The position numbers and the translations under genes were made by a program. A stretch of 64,000 nt of DNA from Squalus acanthias (taxonomy: Eukaryota). Location: the NCBI GenBank assembly GCA_030390025.1, contig CM059432.1, positions 109,494,001-109,558,000 on the forward strand, in the 5' to 3' direction. The notes under the pieces are model-generated. The model made no database searches and was not told the origin of the DNA. It saw only the letters and a program-made list of their open reading frames with translations. Of this stretch, positions 63,165-64,000 are shown piece after piece. Position 1 is the first letter of the stretch; the number at the start of each line of letters is the position of its first letter.

Positions 63165-63899
63165 GGGGTAAAAATTCAGTTGGTTGCGCCTCCCGTTAGC
63201 GCATTAAGAGGGCGCTAATGGGGCGCAAAGCCGCTAACGCCCGGGCGCAGCGATGTTTGCGCCGCTCGGGAACTTAACTAGAGATTGTGCGGCGGCGCTA
63301 AACCTTACCGCTGCGACCACCTGCGCACGCAGATTGTGACGTCATTCCATGGTGCAACGCCCTTGTAGCGCCCCGGAGTGGAAATTGAGTGCCGCCCCCT
63401 GCCTTACCGCCTGGCGCATCCAACGACCGGAAGACTGGAACGCTATCAATCGCTGTGGGGCTGGGGGGGGGGCGCTATTTAAAGGGGGCCTCTTCCTGTC
63501 TTTTTCTGTGGTTGACATTTTTGCACCACTCGTTCTGAGAGAGAGAGAGAGATTCGGAGAGAGAGACTTCTGCATTGACTCAACGCTTTGTGAGGTAGTT
63601 TTGCCTACTGATCCTAACAGTTGCCCCCCCCCCGCTTTAAGAACTGGCCAGCGCCAGTGTGTCTGTGTTCCCTCGCTAACTGGCAGCAGCTGCGCTGCGC
63701 TCGCGCGCTGAGTTAGCGCCTCACTGCTCGGCCTTTGCGCCTTAAGACAGGTGTGCAGCGCCTGATTTAGCGCTCCACTCACCTCCCGGGGCGGTAAAAG
63801 TGAAGTTTCCAGTCAGTGGCGATAATTAGCGCCAGGCGCTAATATTTGCGTCCAGACGATATTTGCGCCCCAAATGGGGCGCGACCTAATTTTTCCCCC
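63165..63899. mobile_element. Internally deleted derivative (MITE) of the 23009-27193 Harbinger family, inverted
   Basis: Matches both ends of the full element, junction ~63620; TSD TAT; inserted in the CR1 tail. Confidence 0.92.
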
Positions 63900-64000
63900 T
63901 ATGACTCTATGAATCTATGAGGGCGAGGGGGATTCTGAGGACCTTATCAGGCCAAAAATAGAAGTAGAAAATAAATTAATTCCACACAGGGAATGGTGTG

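Overview
Eukaryotic, almost wholly transposon-derived window with no recognisable host exon. The repeat content (esterase-ORF1 CR1s, hammerhead-bearing Penelopes, Deu-type SINE tails) suggests a cartilaginous fish (inference). The highlight is a 12.6-kb env-bearing provirus on the minus strand (8514-21077). It has near-identical 1.65-kb LTRs and a Gag with an overlapping PSAP/PPSY late domain and a CCHC knuckle, followed by an in-frame UGA-CUAG readthrough junction. Its Pol has two RNase H folds and a GPY-type integrase, and its Env is an F-protein-like class I fusion protein that appears to carry an immunoglobulin-like domain. This best fits a lokiretrovirus-like element. A 1.7-kb solo LTR with the same architecture lies at 51028-52736. 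Also present: a complete PIF/Harbinger transposon (transposase plus spliced Myb/SANT gene) and its MITE, an intact-ORF Penelope element with minimal hammerhead ribozymes, a young Gypsy element nested in another Penelope, full-length and partial CR1s, Vingi-like, RTE and L2-type LINEs, several MITEs and a CTCF-like site. All calls were made by eye, without database searches.
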